Source: Salinisphaera sp. (GTDB taxonomy: Bacteria > Pseudomonadota > Gammaproteobacteria > Nevskiales > Salinisphaeraceae). From it: a DNA stretch of 64,000 bases. The position numbers and the translations under genes were made by a program. Within the stretch, counting starts at the first letter, position 1. Each line of letters begins with the position of its first letter. The DNA is taken from positions 1,855 through 65,854 of the forward strand of contig JAQIBT010000147.1 of assembly GCA_027858915.1 (NCBI GenBank), written 5' to 3'. Under the pieces are notes generated by a model. It ran no database searches and had not been told where the DNA came from. It was given only the letters and a program-made list of their open reading frames with translations. Below are positions 29,025 through 39,744 of this stretch, in pieces.

Positions 29025-29238
29025 AGCGTTATTTCCCCTTGGGAATTGAGACAGGATTTTGCGGGTCCGCCGCGGCGGCTCGACTCGTTGTTGCCTTCGT
29101 CTACCTCGTGGGCAACAAGCCGAACGACCGTCTGCATGATGCGTCTGGTCGATCCGTCAGCGGCTTTTATACCAAGCGCCTGTTTCCACCGTCAACAAAG
29201 GTTTTCGGCAAAAACAGGCGTCCGGAAACTGTTGGGCT

Positions 29239-31626
29239 TTAATGGGCCCGCAGTTCGCCCGGCTCGCCCTTGTTCGGCGAATCGGGTTTGGCAGGTCCAT
29301 CAGGCAGCGGTTGAGGTTGGCGAGTCAACGCAATCTCGAGTACTTCGTCGATCGTCTTGACCGGCCGGATATCCAGCTGGTTCTTGATGTTGGACGGTAT
29401 CTCGACGAGATCTTTCGTGTTCTCGTGCGGAATAATCACGATCTTGATACCGCCGCGATGAGCCGCCAACAGCTTTTCCTTGAGTCCACCGATTGGCAAG
29501 ACGTCACCACGCAGTGTGATCTCGCCGGTCATCGCGACGTCCGCACGCACCGGAATATGGGTCAAGGCAGAGACCATGGACGTGCACATGCCAACCCCGG
29601 CCGACGGTCCGTCCTTGGGCGTAGCCCCCTCGGGTACATGGACGTGCAAGTCCGAGCTCTGCATGAAATCGCGCGCAATGCCCAGCGACGTCGCACGCGA
29701 TCGGATGACCGTTAGCGCTGCCTGAATCGATTCCTGCATCACGTCACCGAGCGAGCCGGTATGCAGCGGCTTGCCCTTGCCGGGGACCGCAGCCGACTCG
29801 ATCGACAGCAGCTCTCCGCCGACTTCCGTCCACGCCAGCCCAGTCACCTGGCCAACGCTATCGCGTTCCTCAGCGCGCCCATAGCGGAATTTAGGCACCC
29901 CGAGGTACTTGTCCAGATTGCGCTTGGAAACCTGCACGGTGGCGCGCGAAGTGTCGCTGATCAGCTCCTTAACGACCTTGCGACAGATCTTGCTGATATC
30001 GCGCTCAAGATTACGCACGCCGGCTTCTCGGGTATAACGCCGGATTACGTCGGTCAGGGCGTTTTCGGAAATCGAGATCTCCGTGTCCTTCAAACCGTTT
30101 TCCCTGACTGCCTTGGGCACCAGATAGCGCTCGGCAATATTCACCTTCTCGTCCTCGGTGTAGCCCGCCAGGCGGATTACCTCCATGCGGTCAAGCAGCG
30201 CTGGCGGAATATTGAGCGTGTTCGCCGTGCACACGAACATCACGTGCGACAGATCGTAATCGACTTCCAGATAATGATCGCCAAAGCTGTTGTTCTGCTC
30301 CGGATCCAATACCTCGAGCAGCGCCGAGGCAGGATCACCGCGGAAGTCGTTGGCCATCTTGTCGACTTCGTCGAGCAGGAATAGCGGATTGCGCACGCCA
30401 ACCTTGGCCATGTTCTGAATGATCTTGCCCGGCAATGAACCGATGTAGGTCCGCCGGTGACCGCGGATCTCGGCTTCGTCGCGCACACCGCCCAGGCTCA
30501 TGCGTACGAATTCGCGATTGGTGGCCTTGGCAATCGAGCGTCCAAGCGACGTCTTACCTACGCCAGGCGGTCCGACCAGGCAGAGTATCGGGCCCTTGAT
30601 CTTCTTGACCCGGCTCTGCACTGCCAGATTCTCGATAATACGTTCCTTGACCCGCTCCAGACCGTAGTGATCGGCGTCCAGCGTATTCTGCGCGGCCTCG
30701 AGATCGATCTTGGTCTTCGAGCGCTTCTTCCACGGTACATCGACCAGCCAGTCGAGATAGTTGCGCACCACGGTCGCTTCTGCCGACATCGGGGACATCG
30801 ACTTGAGCTTGTTGAACTCCGCGGTCGCCTTCTTCTTGACCTCCTTCGGCATGCCGACCTTGTCGATCTTTGCCTCAAGCTCTTCCAGATCGTTGGGCGC
30901 GTCGTCGATCTCGCCCAGTTCCTTCTGGATCGCCTTCATCTGCTCGTTGAGATAGTACTCGCGCTGGGACTTCTCCATCTGCTGTTTAACGCGCCCACGG
31001 ATCTTCTTCTCGATCTGCAGGACTTCGATCTCGGCATCGGTCTTGGCCACCACATGCTCGAGACGCGCCTGGGCATCGGCCAGCTCGAGCACATCCTGGC
31101 GCTCGTCCAGCTTGAGGTTCAGGTGTGCAGCAATGGTATCCGCCAGGCGCCCGGCGGAATCCATGCTCGACAGCGAGGGCAGCAGTTCGGCCGGCACTTT
31201 CTTGTTGAGCTTGACGTACGACTCGAAGGTCGACACGGCGTTGCGCATCAGCGCATCCATCTCGGCCGAATCATCCTCGGCTTCGTCAATGGTCGAGTAG
31301 TCCGCGATCAGACGACCGTCGGACTCATGCAGATTCGACAGACGCGCACGATCCGCGCCCTCAACCAGCACCTTGACGGTGCCGTCCGGCAGTTTCAGCA
31401 GTTGCAGAATCGAGGCCAGTGTCCCGACCTCATAGATGTCATCGGCGCCGGGGTCGTCGATGTCGGCCGCCTTCTGGGCAACCAGCAGAATTTTCTTGTC
31501 CTCTGCCATCGCCGCTTCCAGCGCCGTGATCGATTTCTCACGGCCGACGAACAATGGAATCGCCATGTGCGGAAACACCACCACATCGCGTAACGGAAGA
31601 ACGGGAACCAAGGCGTTGTCGGCCAT
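29239..31626 (-). CDS. lon: ATP-dependent protease La
   Basis: [34 protein letters not shown] catalytic Ser, IGGLKEK. Confidence 0.98.
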   Translation of the reverse strand: MADNALVPVLPLRDVVVFPHMAIPLFVGREKSITALEAAMAEDKKILLVAQKAADIDDPGADDIYEVGTLASILQLLKLPDGTVKVLVEGADRARLSNLHESDGRLIADYSTIDEAEDDSAEMDALMRNAVSTFESYVKLNKKVPAELLPSLSSMDSAGRLADTIAAHLNLKLDERQDVLELADAQARLEHVVAKTDAEIEVLQIEKKIRGRVKQQMEKSQREYYLNEQMKAIQKELGEIDDAPNDLEELEAKIDKVGMPKEVKKKATAEFNKLKSMSPMSAEATVVRNYLDWLVDVPWKKRSKTKIDLEAAQNTLDADHYGLERVKERIIENLAVQSRVKKIKGPILCLVGPPGVGKTSLGRSIAKATNREFVRMSLGGVRDEAEIRGHRRTYIGSLPGKIIQNMAKVGVRNPLFLLDEVDKMANDFRGDPASALLEVLDPEQNNSFGDHYLEVDYDLSHVMFVCTANTLNIPPALLDRMEVIRLAGYTEDEKVNIAERYLVPKAVRENGLKDTEISISENALTDVIRRYTREAGVRNLERDISKICRKVVKELISDTSRATVQVSKRNLDKYLGVPKFRYGRAEERDSVGQVTGLAWTEVGGELLSIESAAVPGKGKPLHTGSLGDVMQESIQAALTVIRSRATSLGIARDFMQSSDLHVHVPEGATPKDGPSAGVGMCTSMVSALTHIPVRADVAMTGEITLRGDVLPIGGLKEKLLAAHRGGIKIVIIPHENTKDLVEIPSNIKNQLDIRPVKTIDEVLEIALTRQPQPLPDGPAKPDSPNKGEPGELRAH

Positions 31627-31640
31627 CCGAGCCCTCGTGG

Positions 31641-31671
31641 ATATAAAGCGGCCGGCGATACGCCGGCCGCT
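31641..31671 (-). terminator. Hairpin between clpX and lon
   Basis: 11-bp perfect stem agcggccggcg/cgccggccgct followed by ttatat on the minus strand. Confidence 0.4.
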
Positions 31672-31687
31672 AGTGAATTTAATGTGA

Positions 31688-31714
31688 AATTGCGGCCAAC
31701 CCGCGCGATTTCAA
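31688..31714 (-). promoter_or_regulatory. Possible sigma32 promoter upstream of lon
   Basis: Minus strand TTGAAA-N13-CCGCAATT. The -35 is good, the -10 is only a partial match to CCCCATNT. Confidence 0.3.
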
Positions 31715-31770
31715 TCGCTGGCGGGTTCGACAGGCAATTCCGCCCGGGTCGGGCCGCTCAAGCCTGTGCA

Positions 31771-33048
31771 TTACGCACCTGCCCGGCTGGCATCAGCGTT
31801 CTCGTACACGATGTAGGGTTGTGCATCGCCGTTCACCACGGCCTCGTCCACAACCACCTTGGACACGTTCTCCATTGCCGGCAGCTCGTACATCACGTCG
31901 AGCAGGATGGACTCGAGGATTGTTCTCAAACCACGCGCACCGGTCTTGCGACTCATGGCGCGGCGGGCAATCGCCTTGAGCGCGTCGTCGCGAAGCTCCA
32001 GCTCGCAGTTTTCCATCTCGAACAGTTTGCTGTACTGCTTGACCAGCGCATTCTTTGGTTCACGCAGGATCGAGATCAACGCTTCCTCATCCAGCTCCTC
32101 GAGCGTGGCCACAACTGGCAGACGACCGACGAATTCCGGAATCAAGCCATACTTGACCAAATCCTCAGGCTCAACACTGGCTAGCGTCTCGCCCAGCGAG
32201 CGCTGGTCATCCTTGCCCTTGACCTCGGCCGAGAAACCGATGCCCGAACTGCCGGCACGGCTGGCAATCGTCTTGTCCAATCCAGCGAACGCGCCGCCGC
32301 AGATGAACAGAATTCCGCCGGTATCCACCTGCAGGAATTCCTGCTGCGGATGCTTGCGCCCGCCTTGGGGAGGCACGCTCGCCGTTGTACCTTCGATCAG
32401 CTTGAGTAGTGCCTGCTGTACGCCCTCACCCGACACATCGCGAGTGATCGACGGGTTTTCCGACTTGCGCGAGATCTTGTCGATTTCATCGATATAGACA
32501 ATACCGCGCTGCGCCTTGTCGACGTCGTAGTCACACTTCTGCAACAGCTTCTGGATGATGTTCTCGACGTCCTCGCCGACGTAACCGGCTTCGGTCAGCG
32601 TCGTTGCATCAGCGATCGCGAATGGCACATCCAGCAGACGTGCAAGCGTTTCGGCCAGCAGAGTCTTGCCGCAACCGGTCGGCCCGATCATCAGAATGTT
32701 CGACTTCTGCAGCTCGACCTCGTCCTCGGCCGCTTCGGCATTCAGGCGTTTGTAGTGGTTGTAAACCGCTACCGCCAGAATCTTCTTGGCCGATACCTGA
32801 CCGATGACATAATCGTCCAGCACGCGCCGGATTTCCTGCGGGCTCGGCAGGCCTTTCTTGGCCGGCTTGCTGGTCAGTTCCTCGCGCATGATGTCGTTGC
32901 ACAGATCCACGCATTCATCGCAGATGAATACCGAGGGTCCGGCGATGAGTTTGCGAACTTCATGTTCGCTCTTGCCGCAGAACGAGCAGTACAGCGTGCG
33001 CCCGGCGTTATCCTTGGAGCCGCTATCGTTTTTGCCGTCTTCTGCCAT
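31771..33048 (-). CDS. clpX: ATP-dependent Clp protease ATP-binding subunit
   Basis: CSFCGK..ICDECV zinc finger, [25 protein letters not shown]. Confidence 0.98.
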   Translation of the reverse strand: MAEDGKNDSGSKDNAGRTLYCSFCGKSEHEVRKLIAGPSVFICDECVDLCNDIMREELTSKPAKKGLPSPQEIRRVLDDYVIGQVSAKKILAVAVYNHYKRLNAEAAEDEVELQKSNILMIGPTGCGKTLLAETLARLLDVPFAIADATTLTEAGYVGEDVENIIQKLLQKCDYDVDKAQRGIVYIDEIDKISRKSENPSITRDVSGEGVQQALLKLIEGTTASVPPQGGRKHPQQEFLQVDTGGILFICGGAFAGLDKTIASRAGSSGIGFSAEVKGKDDQRSLGETLASVEPEDLVKYGLIPEFVGRLPVVATLEELDEEALISILREPKNALVKQYSKLFEMENCELELRDDALKAIARRAMSRKTGARGLRTILESILLDVMYELPAMENVSKVVVDEAVVNGDAQPYIVYENADASRAGA

Positions 33049-33147
33049 GGGTTGGCACCTCTCCAAACTGGACCTGTCGGATATCTCTTGTATGACACAT
33101 CTGACGGAGCATTGTCACGAGTTGTCGTGAACGATGATCTGTAACCG

Positions 33148-33795
33148 TTACTTGGCTTTATCAGCCATCGCCGCACGAGAACTGAGCACTTTATCGATCA
33201 GGCCATATTCCACCGCCGATTCAGCGGTCATGAAATAATCACGCTCGGTATCGCGCTGCACGCGCTCAAGCGGCTGACCGGTGTGGTGCGCCAGCACCTC
33301 ATTGAGCCGGTCGCGCATATGCAGGATTTCGCGCGCCTGGATTTCGATATCCGACTGCTGGCCCTGAAAACCACCCGACGGCTGGTGAATCATCACCCGC
33401 GAGTTGGGCAGACAAAAACGCTTGCCCTTCGCACCCGCGGCCAGCAACACCGCCCCCATGCTGGCCGCCTGGCCGAGACACATGGTGGCCACATCCGGCT
33501 TGATGAACTGCATCGTGTCGTAGATCGACATACCGGCGGTGATCACGCCGCCCGGCGAATTGATATACAGCTGAATGTCCTTGTCCGGATTATCCGACTC
33601 CAGGAACAACAGCTGGGCCACGATCAGATTGGCCATATGATCGTCGACCGGGCCCACGGCAAAGATCACGCGCTCCTTCAGGAGCCGCGAATAGATGTCG
33701 AACGAGCGCTCACCACGGGCGGTCTGCTCGATGACCATCGGGATCAGGCCCAGGTTCTGGGCGGGCAAGTTCTGATTGTCTGCCATAGCGTTCAT
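33148..33795 (-). CDS. clpP: ATP-dependent Clp protease proteolytic subunit
   Basis: [28 protein letters not shown]. Confidence 0.98.
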   Translation of the reverse strand: MNAMADNQNLPAQNLGLIPMVIEQTARGERSFDIYSRLLKERVIFAVGPVDDHMANLIVAQLLFLESDNPDKDIQLYINSPGGVITAGMSIYDTMQFIKPDVATMCLGQAASMGAVLLAAGAKGKRFCLPNSRVMIHQPSGGFQGQQSDIEIQAREILHMRDRLNEVLAHHTGQPLERVQRDTERDYFMTAESAVEYGLIDKVLSSRAAMADKAK

Positions 33796-33834
33796 AGCGT
33801 TCGTTTCCTCTCCGCGAAAGGACGATCTCAAGGA

Positions 33835-35160
33835 TCAGCCCTGCTGGCGGTTAGCGTTCAGGAGCTCGTCGAGCTCGGTTTCCTTCTCGGTAACAGTGGC
33901 GTTCTCTAGCAGCATGTCGACCACCTGCTCTTCCATGACCATCGCCTGCAGACCCTGCATGAGCTGCGGGTTCTGTTGATAGTAGCTCTTGACCGCGTCC
34001 GACTGGTCACCATAGCCGGCTGCGATCTCTTCCATCTTGGTATTGACGCGTTCCTGGTCGAGTTCCAAATCTTTATCGGCAATCACTTCGGCAATCAGCA
34101 GGCCCAGCGCGACACGCTTTTCGGCATTTTCACGCAGCGCCTCGTCGGGCAGCAGTGTCTTCGCCTGCTCTTCGTCGCCCTGCATGTGTTCGGGCATACG
34201 CTGCATGGCTTCCTTCCGCATGCGGTCAATTTCCTGCGCCACCATCGATTGCGGCACTTCAATCGGGTTGGCGGCGTGCAGCGAATCCATGGTCTGAGTC
34301 TTCACGCTGCCTTCGATTGCATGCCTGGCTTCCTGCTCCAGCGACTCGCGGATCTTGTCCTTGAGCGCATCGACACCGCCATCCTCGATACCCATCTGCT
34401 CAAGAAAAGCCTCGTCCAGCTCAGCCGGCTTGGGCTCGTTGACAGTCTTCAAGGTCACGTCAAACACAGCAGCCTTGCCCGCGAGATCCGCAGCGCCATA
34501 GTCTTCCGGAAAGTCCACGTTGACGTCGAACTGCTCACCGCCCTTATGGCCCACCAACGCGCGCTCCATGTCGGGCAGGAACTGCTGTTCGCCCAGGACG
34601 ACTTCGATGTCGTTGCCGGTGCCACCCTCGAACGCCTCGCCGTCGACACGGCCTATAAAGTCCACTACGACCTGATCGCCATCCACGGATTCGCGCTCGA
34701 CCGGTTCCCAGGTCTTGTTCTGATCCCGGATACGCTCGATTGTCTTGTCGATATCGGCTTCGGTAACTTCGACCACCGGCTTTTCAACCGTGATGGCATC
34801 CAGGCCTTTCAGCTCGATCTCCGGATACACGTCCAGCGTAGCCGTGAACGACAGCGGCCCTTGCTCGTCGAACGAATCCAATTCGATCTGCGGCTGACCC
34901 GCCGGGTTCAATTCCGATTTTTCCACGGCTTCCGGATAGACGCTCTGAATCAACTGGCCGAGCACTTCCTGGCGCGCCTGGGCGCCGTAGCGCTGCTGCA
35001 GCACCTTCATGGGCGCCTTGCCGGGACGAAAGCCCGGAATACGCGCATTCTGGCCTACCTGCTTGACCTTGGCGTCTACCGCGTCGTTCACGCGCTCGGC
35101 CGGTATCTGCACTTTCAGCCGTCGTGTCAGGCCACCGGAATTTTCTACGGAGACGTCCAT
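33835..35160 (-). CDS. tig: Trigger factor
   Basis: IPGFRPGKAP ribosome-binding motif, FKBP domain (DFIGRVDGEAFEGG); precedes clpP. Confidence 0.97.
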   Translation of the reverse strand: MDVSVENSGGLTRRLKVQIPAERVNDAVDAKVKQVGQNARIPGFRPGKAPMKVLQQRYGAQARQEVLGQLIQSVYPEAVEKSELNPAGQPQIELDSFDEQGPLSFTATLDVYPEIELKGLDAITVEKPVVEVTEADIDKTIERIRDQNKTWEPVERESVDGDQVVVDFIGRVDGEAFEGGTGNDIEVVLGEQQFLPDMERALVGHKGGEQFDVNVDFPEDYGAADLAGKAAVFDVTLKTVNEPKPAELDEAFLEQMGIEDGGVDALKDKIRESLEQEARHAIEGSVKTQTMDSLHAANPIEVPQSMVAQEIDRMRKEAMQRMPEHMQGDEEQAKTLLPDEALRENAEKRVALGLLIAEVIADKDLELDQERVNTKMEEIAAGYGDQSDAVKSYYQQNPQLMQGLQAMVMEEQVVDMLLENATVTEKETELDELLNANRQQG

Positions 35161-35236
35161 TGTTACCTCGAGTCAATTTCTGTTGTTGTATGCAGGAAGG
35201 CGGCCGCAGAGCACAGCCGCCTTGGAAAGACCGGAC

Positions 35237-35245
35237 AGTATAGCA
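35237..35245 (-). promoter_or_regulatory. Possible extended -10 element of the tig promoter
   Basis: Minus strand TGCTATACT about 80 nt upstream of the tig ATG. Confidence 0.4.
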
Positions 35246-35286
35246 AGCTGTCCGTTGACCGCAGCAGTCGCGGTCATGCCTGACTG

Positions 35287-36279
35287 TCAATCACGCGCCG
35301 GCGGCGCCATGAATTCAGGCCCGACCGGGTCAGTGACGTGGGCGTTGACAATCTTTTCGATTTCCGTACGGGCATCGCTGTCCAGGTGCCAGCCCGGCAC
35401 GTTGGTGACGGCATCCAGCTGGTCCGGCGTCCGTGCGCCCCACAAGGCAAACGAATAATCGTACTGATCGAGTAACCAGCGGATCGCCAGATCAAGCACG
35501 TGCTTGTCGTAGTACTGGTGGGCAAACTGTTCCAATGCCTCGACCGCAGACAGATACTGACCTAGACGCGGCTGCTGGAATTTCGGATCGCTGTTGCGCA
35601 GATCGTCGCCCTTGAACTCACGGCCTGCGTGCATCCGCCCAGACAGCAGCCCACGACACAACGCACCGTAACCGAGCAGGCGGGTATCGTGCTTGCGCAC
35701 CCACGGCAGCAAATCGTCGTCGATCTCGCGCTCGAACAGGTTGTAGGGATTCTGCGCCACATCAATCGCCACGACTGCCGAGAACTGGTCCATCTGCTCG
35801 GGCGAGAAATTGGATACACCGATCGAGCGGATCTTGCCGGACTGCTTGAGCTCATCCATCGCTTCGGCCGTCTCGTGCATGTCCACGGTCGGATCCGGCC
35901 AATGCACCTGCAACACGTCGATCACGTCCGTCTGCAGACGGCGCAGCGAATCATCGGCTTCCTTCAGAAGGCGTTTTCGCGACGCATTTCGTACTACGCC
36001 GCCCTTGTCATCCCATTCCAGCGCGCATTTGGTGGCCAGCACGACCTGATCGCGCAGGCCGCCCTGTTTGATCGCCTTGCCGACGATTTCCTCGGAACGA
36101 CCGAAGCCATAGACCGGCGCGGTGTCAATCAGGGTGACGCCCTTGTCCGGCGCGCTCTGAATGGTGCGAATCGATTCGGCCTCGTCGGTACCGCCCCACT
36201 TCCAACCGCCAATCGCCCAGGTGCCAAGACCAATGCGCGATGCGTGCAGCCCTTGGCCGTTGATATCAATTGTGTCCAT
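35287..36279 (-). CDS. Aldo/keto reductase (general stress protein 69-like)
   Basis: IGLGTWAIGG..WGG, IDTAPVYGFGRSEE, LATKC, QVHWPD, IGVSNFS, QNPYNLFER. Confidence 0.9.
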   Translation of the reverse strand: MDTIDINGQGLHASRIGLGTWAIGGWKWGGTDEAESIRTIQSAPDKGVTLIDTAPVYGFGRSEEIVGKAIKQGGLRDQVVLATKCALEWDDKGGVVRNASRKRLLKEADDSLRRLQTDVIDVLQVHWPDPTVDMHETAEAMDELKQSGKIRSIGVSNFSPEQMDQFSAVVAIDVAQNPYNLFEREIDDDLLPWVRKHDTRLLGYGALCRGLLSGRMHAGREFKGDDLRNSDPKFQQPRLGQYLSAVEALEQFAHQYYDKHVLDLAIRWLLDQYDYSFALWGARTPDQLDAVTNVPGWHLDSDARTEIEKIVNAHVTDPVGPEFMAPPARD

Positions 36280-36415
36280 GCCAACTCCTCTCTTGCCGAA
36301 TGTCACAAGACATGGGATCGGCTGGCCGACATTCAAGCGGCCCAAGCACTGCGCGACGTGTAATCCCTGCGTAGCGCAAGCCGCAGCTGATCGGCCGCAA
36401 TTTCACGCCATCAAC

Positions 36416-36446
36416 AAAAACGCCGACTCGAATTCGAGCCGGCGTT
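36416..36446 (-). terminator. Rho-independent terminator after tRNA-Lys
   Basis: aacgccgactcg-aatt-cgagccggcgtt stem with a T-run on the minus strand. Confidence 0.75.
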
Positions 36447-36460
36447 GATTACGGAATAAA

Positions 36461-36535
<75 letters not shown>

Positions 36536-36565
36536 TGTATGCCATTCAGGCGATGCCATTCGGGA

Positions 36566-36642
36566 TGGGGTGGACGATGGGACTCGAACCCACGACGACT
36601 GGAATCACAATCCAGGGCTCTACCAACTGAGCTACGCCCACC
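36566..36642 (-). tRNA. tRNA-His (GTG)
   Basis: Minus strand GGTGGGCGTAGCTCAGTTGGTAGAGCCCTGGATTGTGATTCCAG...CCACCCCA; anticodon GTG, G-1 present. Confidence 0.97.
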
Positions 36643-37047
36643 ACTGAGATGACAACCTGCAATACGCAGCACGCATCGCAGGCGGCATAGTCTAGCTGGG
36701 ATCGGTGGCGCTTGCCAACGGCATAGCGCGATTTTTCTACGCAGCCGGCTCAAACCGGCGGTCGCTCTTGTGCTGGTTGGCGGCTGAACCCGCGGAAACG
36801 CGCGTTTTAGAGTAGATGGTTCCGTCGCCTCGGCCAATTCGCGGACCCGTCGGTCGCAAGCTGGCTTGGCTCGCTCGCCGGAGAAAGCGGTGATCCGGGC
36901 GGCTCGCCGCGCTGGGTTGGTCAATCGACCAAGTGCGCAATGACGCGATAGCCTTCAGCACGGCAGAATCCTCGCTCTCCAGACGACCCTGCTCACTCAG
37001 GCTGGTCGCCGTTACGCCTGACTTTCGTCAAACAATCCCGGTAAGCC

Positions 37048-38241
37048 ATGACTCGATCTACGCCCCGCTGGCCGTATGCGCTCCTCGCGCTGGCCGCGAT
37101 CGGCTTCATACTGTACGGCTCGCTGTATCCGTTCGAGTTCCGGCATGCCGCTGTCCGTGATCCGCTGGCGGCACTATGGGCCACGCGAGCTTTTTCGCTG
37201 GATCATATGGGCAACCTGCTCGGGAATATCCTGTTCTACATGCCATTGGGTCTGTTCGGTGTGCCTGCACTGCGGACTGCGATACGCGCCCCTGCCCCGC
37301 GTTTGCTCGTAATCGGCGTTATTGGTGCTGTCCTGTCCATCAGTATGGAGCTCAGCCAGTTCTGGATCGTGGGCCGAGTCAGCACGTTCAACGACATCTA
37401 TCCCAATATCGCAGGCGCACTGATCGGCGGCCTGGCGTCGATCGTCATTACGCCACGGCTGGAGCGGCGCGGCGTCGGTGGCCTGTCGAGCGAGCCGGTG
37501 GCAGCTGCGCTGCTCTTGCTATTTCTCGCCTGGCGCCTGTTTCCCTATGTCCCCAGCCTGGACCTTCATCAGTACTGGAGCGCGGTGAAACCCATACTTG
37601 TCTCGCCGCATGTCACCTCCTGGGCAATCGCCAGCTATACCGTACGCTGGCTGGTCGCGGCTGAATTGGTCTCTCAGGCCGCACGACGCGCGTCACTGGC
37701 CCTCTGGCCGGTGGTTGTGGTCATGGCCGGCGTTTTCTTGGCGAAGATCGTGATCGTGCACAACAGTCTGTCGGCTTCCGAGCTCGTGGGGGCCGCTATG
37801 GTGCTGGGCGTATGGTCGATTCCTGGTCCGTCGACCGCCTATGGGCGCCCCAGGTGGCGCACTGCTCTGGTAGCGCTTGCGTTGGCCGTATTCATTGTGT
37901 GCGAGCGACTGCGGCCGTTTGAATTCGCCACCTACGGCCACGATTTCGGTTGGATGCCGTTCACATCACTGCTGCACGGCTCCATGAGCATCAACAGTAT
38001 TGCCCTGCTGGAGAAGAGTTTTCTCTATGGCAGCCTGATCTGGCTGCTGCATCGACTGGGCTGGCCACTGATTAGTGCCGGTGTCGCGGTAGCTCTTGGC
38101 CTGTTCATCACCAGCCTGGCCGAGACCCATCTGCCGGGGCGGTCTGCCGAGATTACCGACACGCTGATTGCCCTGTTGATGACCGCGGCCTTCTGGTTGA
38201 TCGAACGCACTCAGAGGCCGGCTGCCACGCGAGACCGTTGA
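37048..38241 (+). CDS. Polytopic membrane protein with VanZ-like domains
   Basis: LYGSLYPFEF, GNILFYMPLGLFG, SISMELSQFWIVGRVSTFNDIYPN, and a second C-terminal copy (E.HLPGRSAEITD). Confidence 0.75.
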   Translation: MTRSTPRWPYALLALAAIGFILYGSLYPFEFRHAAVRDPLAALWATRAFSLDHMGNLLGNILFYMPLGLFGVPALRTAIRAPAPRLLVIGVIGAVLSISMELSQFWIVGRVSTFNDIYPNIAGALIGGLASIVITPRLERRGVGGLSSEPVAAALLLLFLAWRLFPYVPSLDLHQYWSAVKPILVSPHVTSWAIASYTVRWLVAAELVSQAARRASLALWPVVVVMAGVFLAKIVIVHNSLSASELVGAAMVLGVWSIPGPSTAYGRPRWRTALVALALAVFIVCERLRPFEFATYGHDFGWMPFTSLLHGSMSINSIALLEKSFLYGSLIWLLHRLGWPLISAGVAVALGLFITSLAETHLPGRSAEITDTLIALLMTAAFWLIERTQRPAATRDR

Positions 38242-38259
38242 GGCCCAACGGACAGCGTA

Positions 38260-39294
38260 TCAACGCGACCCGCGCTCGGACAGCACGCCCTCAGCCAGCG
38301 CCCTGATCGACAGCGGTGCGCTGCCCTCTGCCTTGTTGTTGATCGTGACAAACGCCGGCTGACCGGACTTGACCGTGCCGGCGATAACCCGCGCCAGCGT
38401 TGCCCGCGTCTCTGGGTCCGGATCCACCAGCTTGTCGAACGGCGCGTAGTGCTCACGCGCCCGCTCGTAGCCAAAGGCGCCGTGCTTCACGTTGAGGTTC
38501 CAGCGGCACACGAACGGCCCGGGCCACAGCCGACGCAGGATCGGCAACTGCCGGTTGATCGGCGGCATCCGGGGATGCAGGCCAAGGCAATAGGTCGCGC
38601 CGGCATCTTTCAACGCCGCCACGAACGCAGGCACCAACCACTCGGGGTTGCGTACCTCCACCGCAATCACCGCCGTCGGCACATAAGCCCTGGCGTGACC
38701 TACCGCACGCAGCAAGACGCGCAGACGATCGATCAACTCATCGATCCGGCCGAGCCATTGTCCCGGCAAGGGGCTGATCTGAAAGACCAGCGCACCTATC
38801 TTGTCGCCCAGGCCCTGGCACGCCGGCTGCACGAACGATTCCCACGCCAGCTCGGCGTCGAGAAAACGCGGATTTGACTGCTTGCCACGGCCATTCGGTT
38901 GCCGAACCAGCGCGTCCGTCACCCGGCTAGGCGCCTTCACTACAAATCGAAACGACTCGGGTACATCTGCGGCGTAGGAAGCGTACTGCTCGGCCGTCAG
39001 GGGACGATAGAAGCCGCGATCCAGCCCCACCCCGGCCAGTAGCGGATGCTGCGCGTAAGCGGCCAGGCCCTCTCTGGACAACTGCTTGTCGCTATAGAGC
39101 CGATCCCAAACCAATCCTGCCCAACCTGGGAAATGCCAGGACGACGTACCGAGTCATAACCCGCTCGGCAACCGATCGGCTAGCTGCCGAACAGACTCAT
39201 CCCACGCGACTGGGGCGACGCCGCACGGCTTCGTCTGGTCTTCGGGAAATAGAGAGCCGCTGTGCGGCGCTGGTGCAGGACGGTCGGAGGGCAT
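38260..39294 (-). pseudogene. DUF72 family protein interrupted by an in-frame TGA at 39154-39156
   Basis: Frame opens at ATG 39294 (MPSDRPAP...RLPSGL*LGTSSWHFPGWAGLVWD). The stop lies just before the DUF72 GTSSW motif. Downstream motifs (GLDRGFY, FVVKAP, LVFQ, AVEVRN, NNKAEGSAP) are intact. Confidence 0.75.
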
Positions 39295-39744
39295 TGATTA
39301 GGTAAACGAGAGCCGCGGAACCTTATTGTAAATAGGCTACACACCCGAGCGGACTCGCATGCGCAAATTCGCCTCAACTTTCTCGGCGTCCCGTAGTCGT
39401 TGTCGACGGGCTTCCAGCGCCAGCTGAGCCTTTCGCAGTTCGCAACCCCGCCACACCGGCATCTTGATATCGCATACCCGAGCCATTGCCTGATCCGTCG
39501 TGGATGTCTTTGCCTGTATCGGCAATGCGAATGCGGACTATATATTCAAGATCATCAAATATTCCGGATCACCAGTTCATCACATCGCGCTCGGTCTGAC
39601 GCGCTGAATAGATCCAACCTCTCTATAGCCGTCGCGCCGCGCATTCCGAGTCTCGTTCATTCACATCCGCACGGCCTCGCAAAAGGGTTGGACGTAGCGC
39701 CCGAACCGCCGATATAGCGGAACGGGCACGGTTAAACGGCCGTC

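Noticed and set aside
36643-37047. Searched for further tRNAs (Arg/Pro/Leu) or an att duplication upstream of tRNA-His
   Set aside because: No TTCGA T-loop or cloverleaf and no repeat of tRNA 3' ends were found.
39295-39744. Short ORFs (e.g. 39337-39525 minus, with a coiled-coil-like QLALEARRQRLRDAE) in the gap between DUF72 and SYLF
   Set aside because: No RBS-supported start and no recognizable family. It may be a gene remnant, but I cannot support a call.
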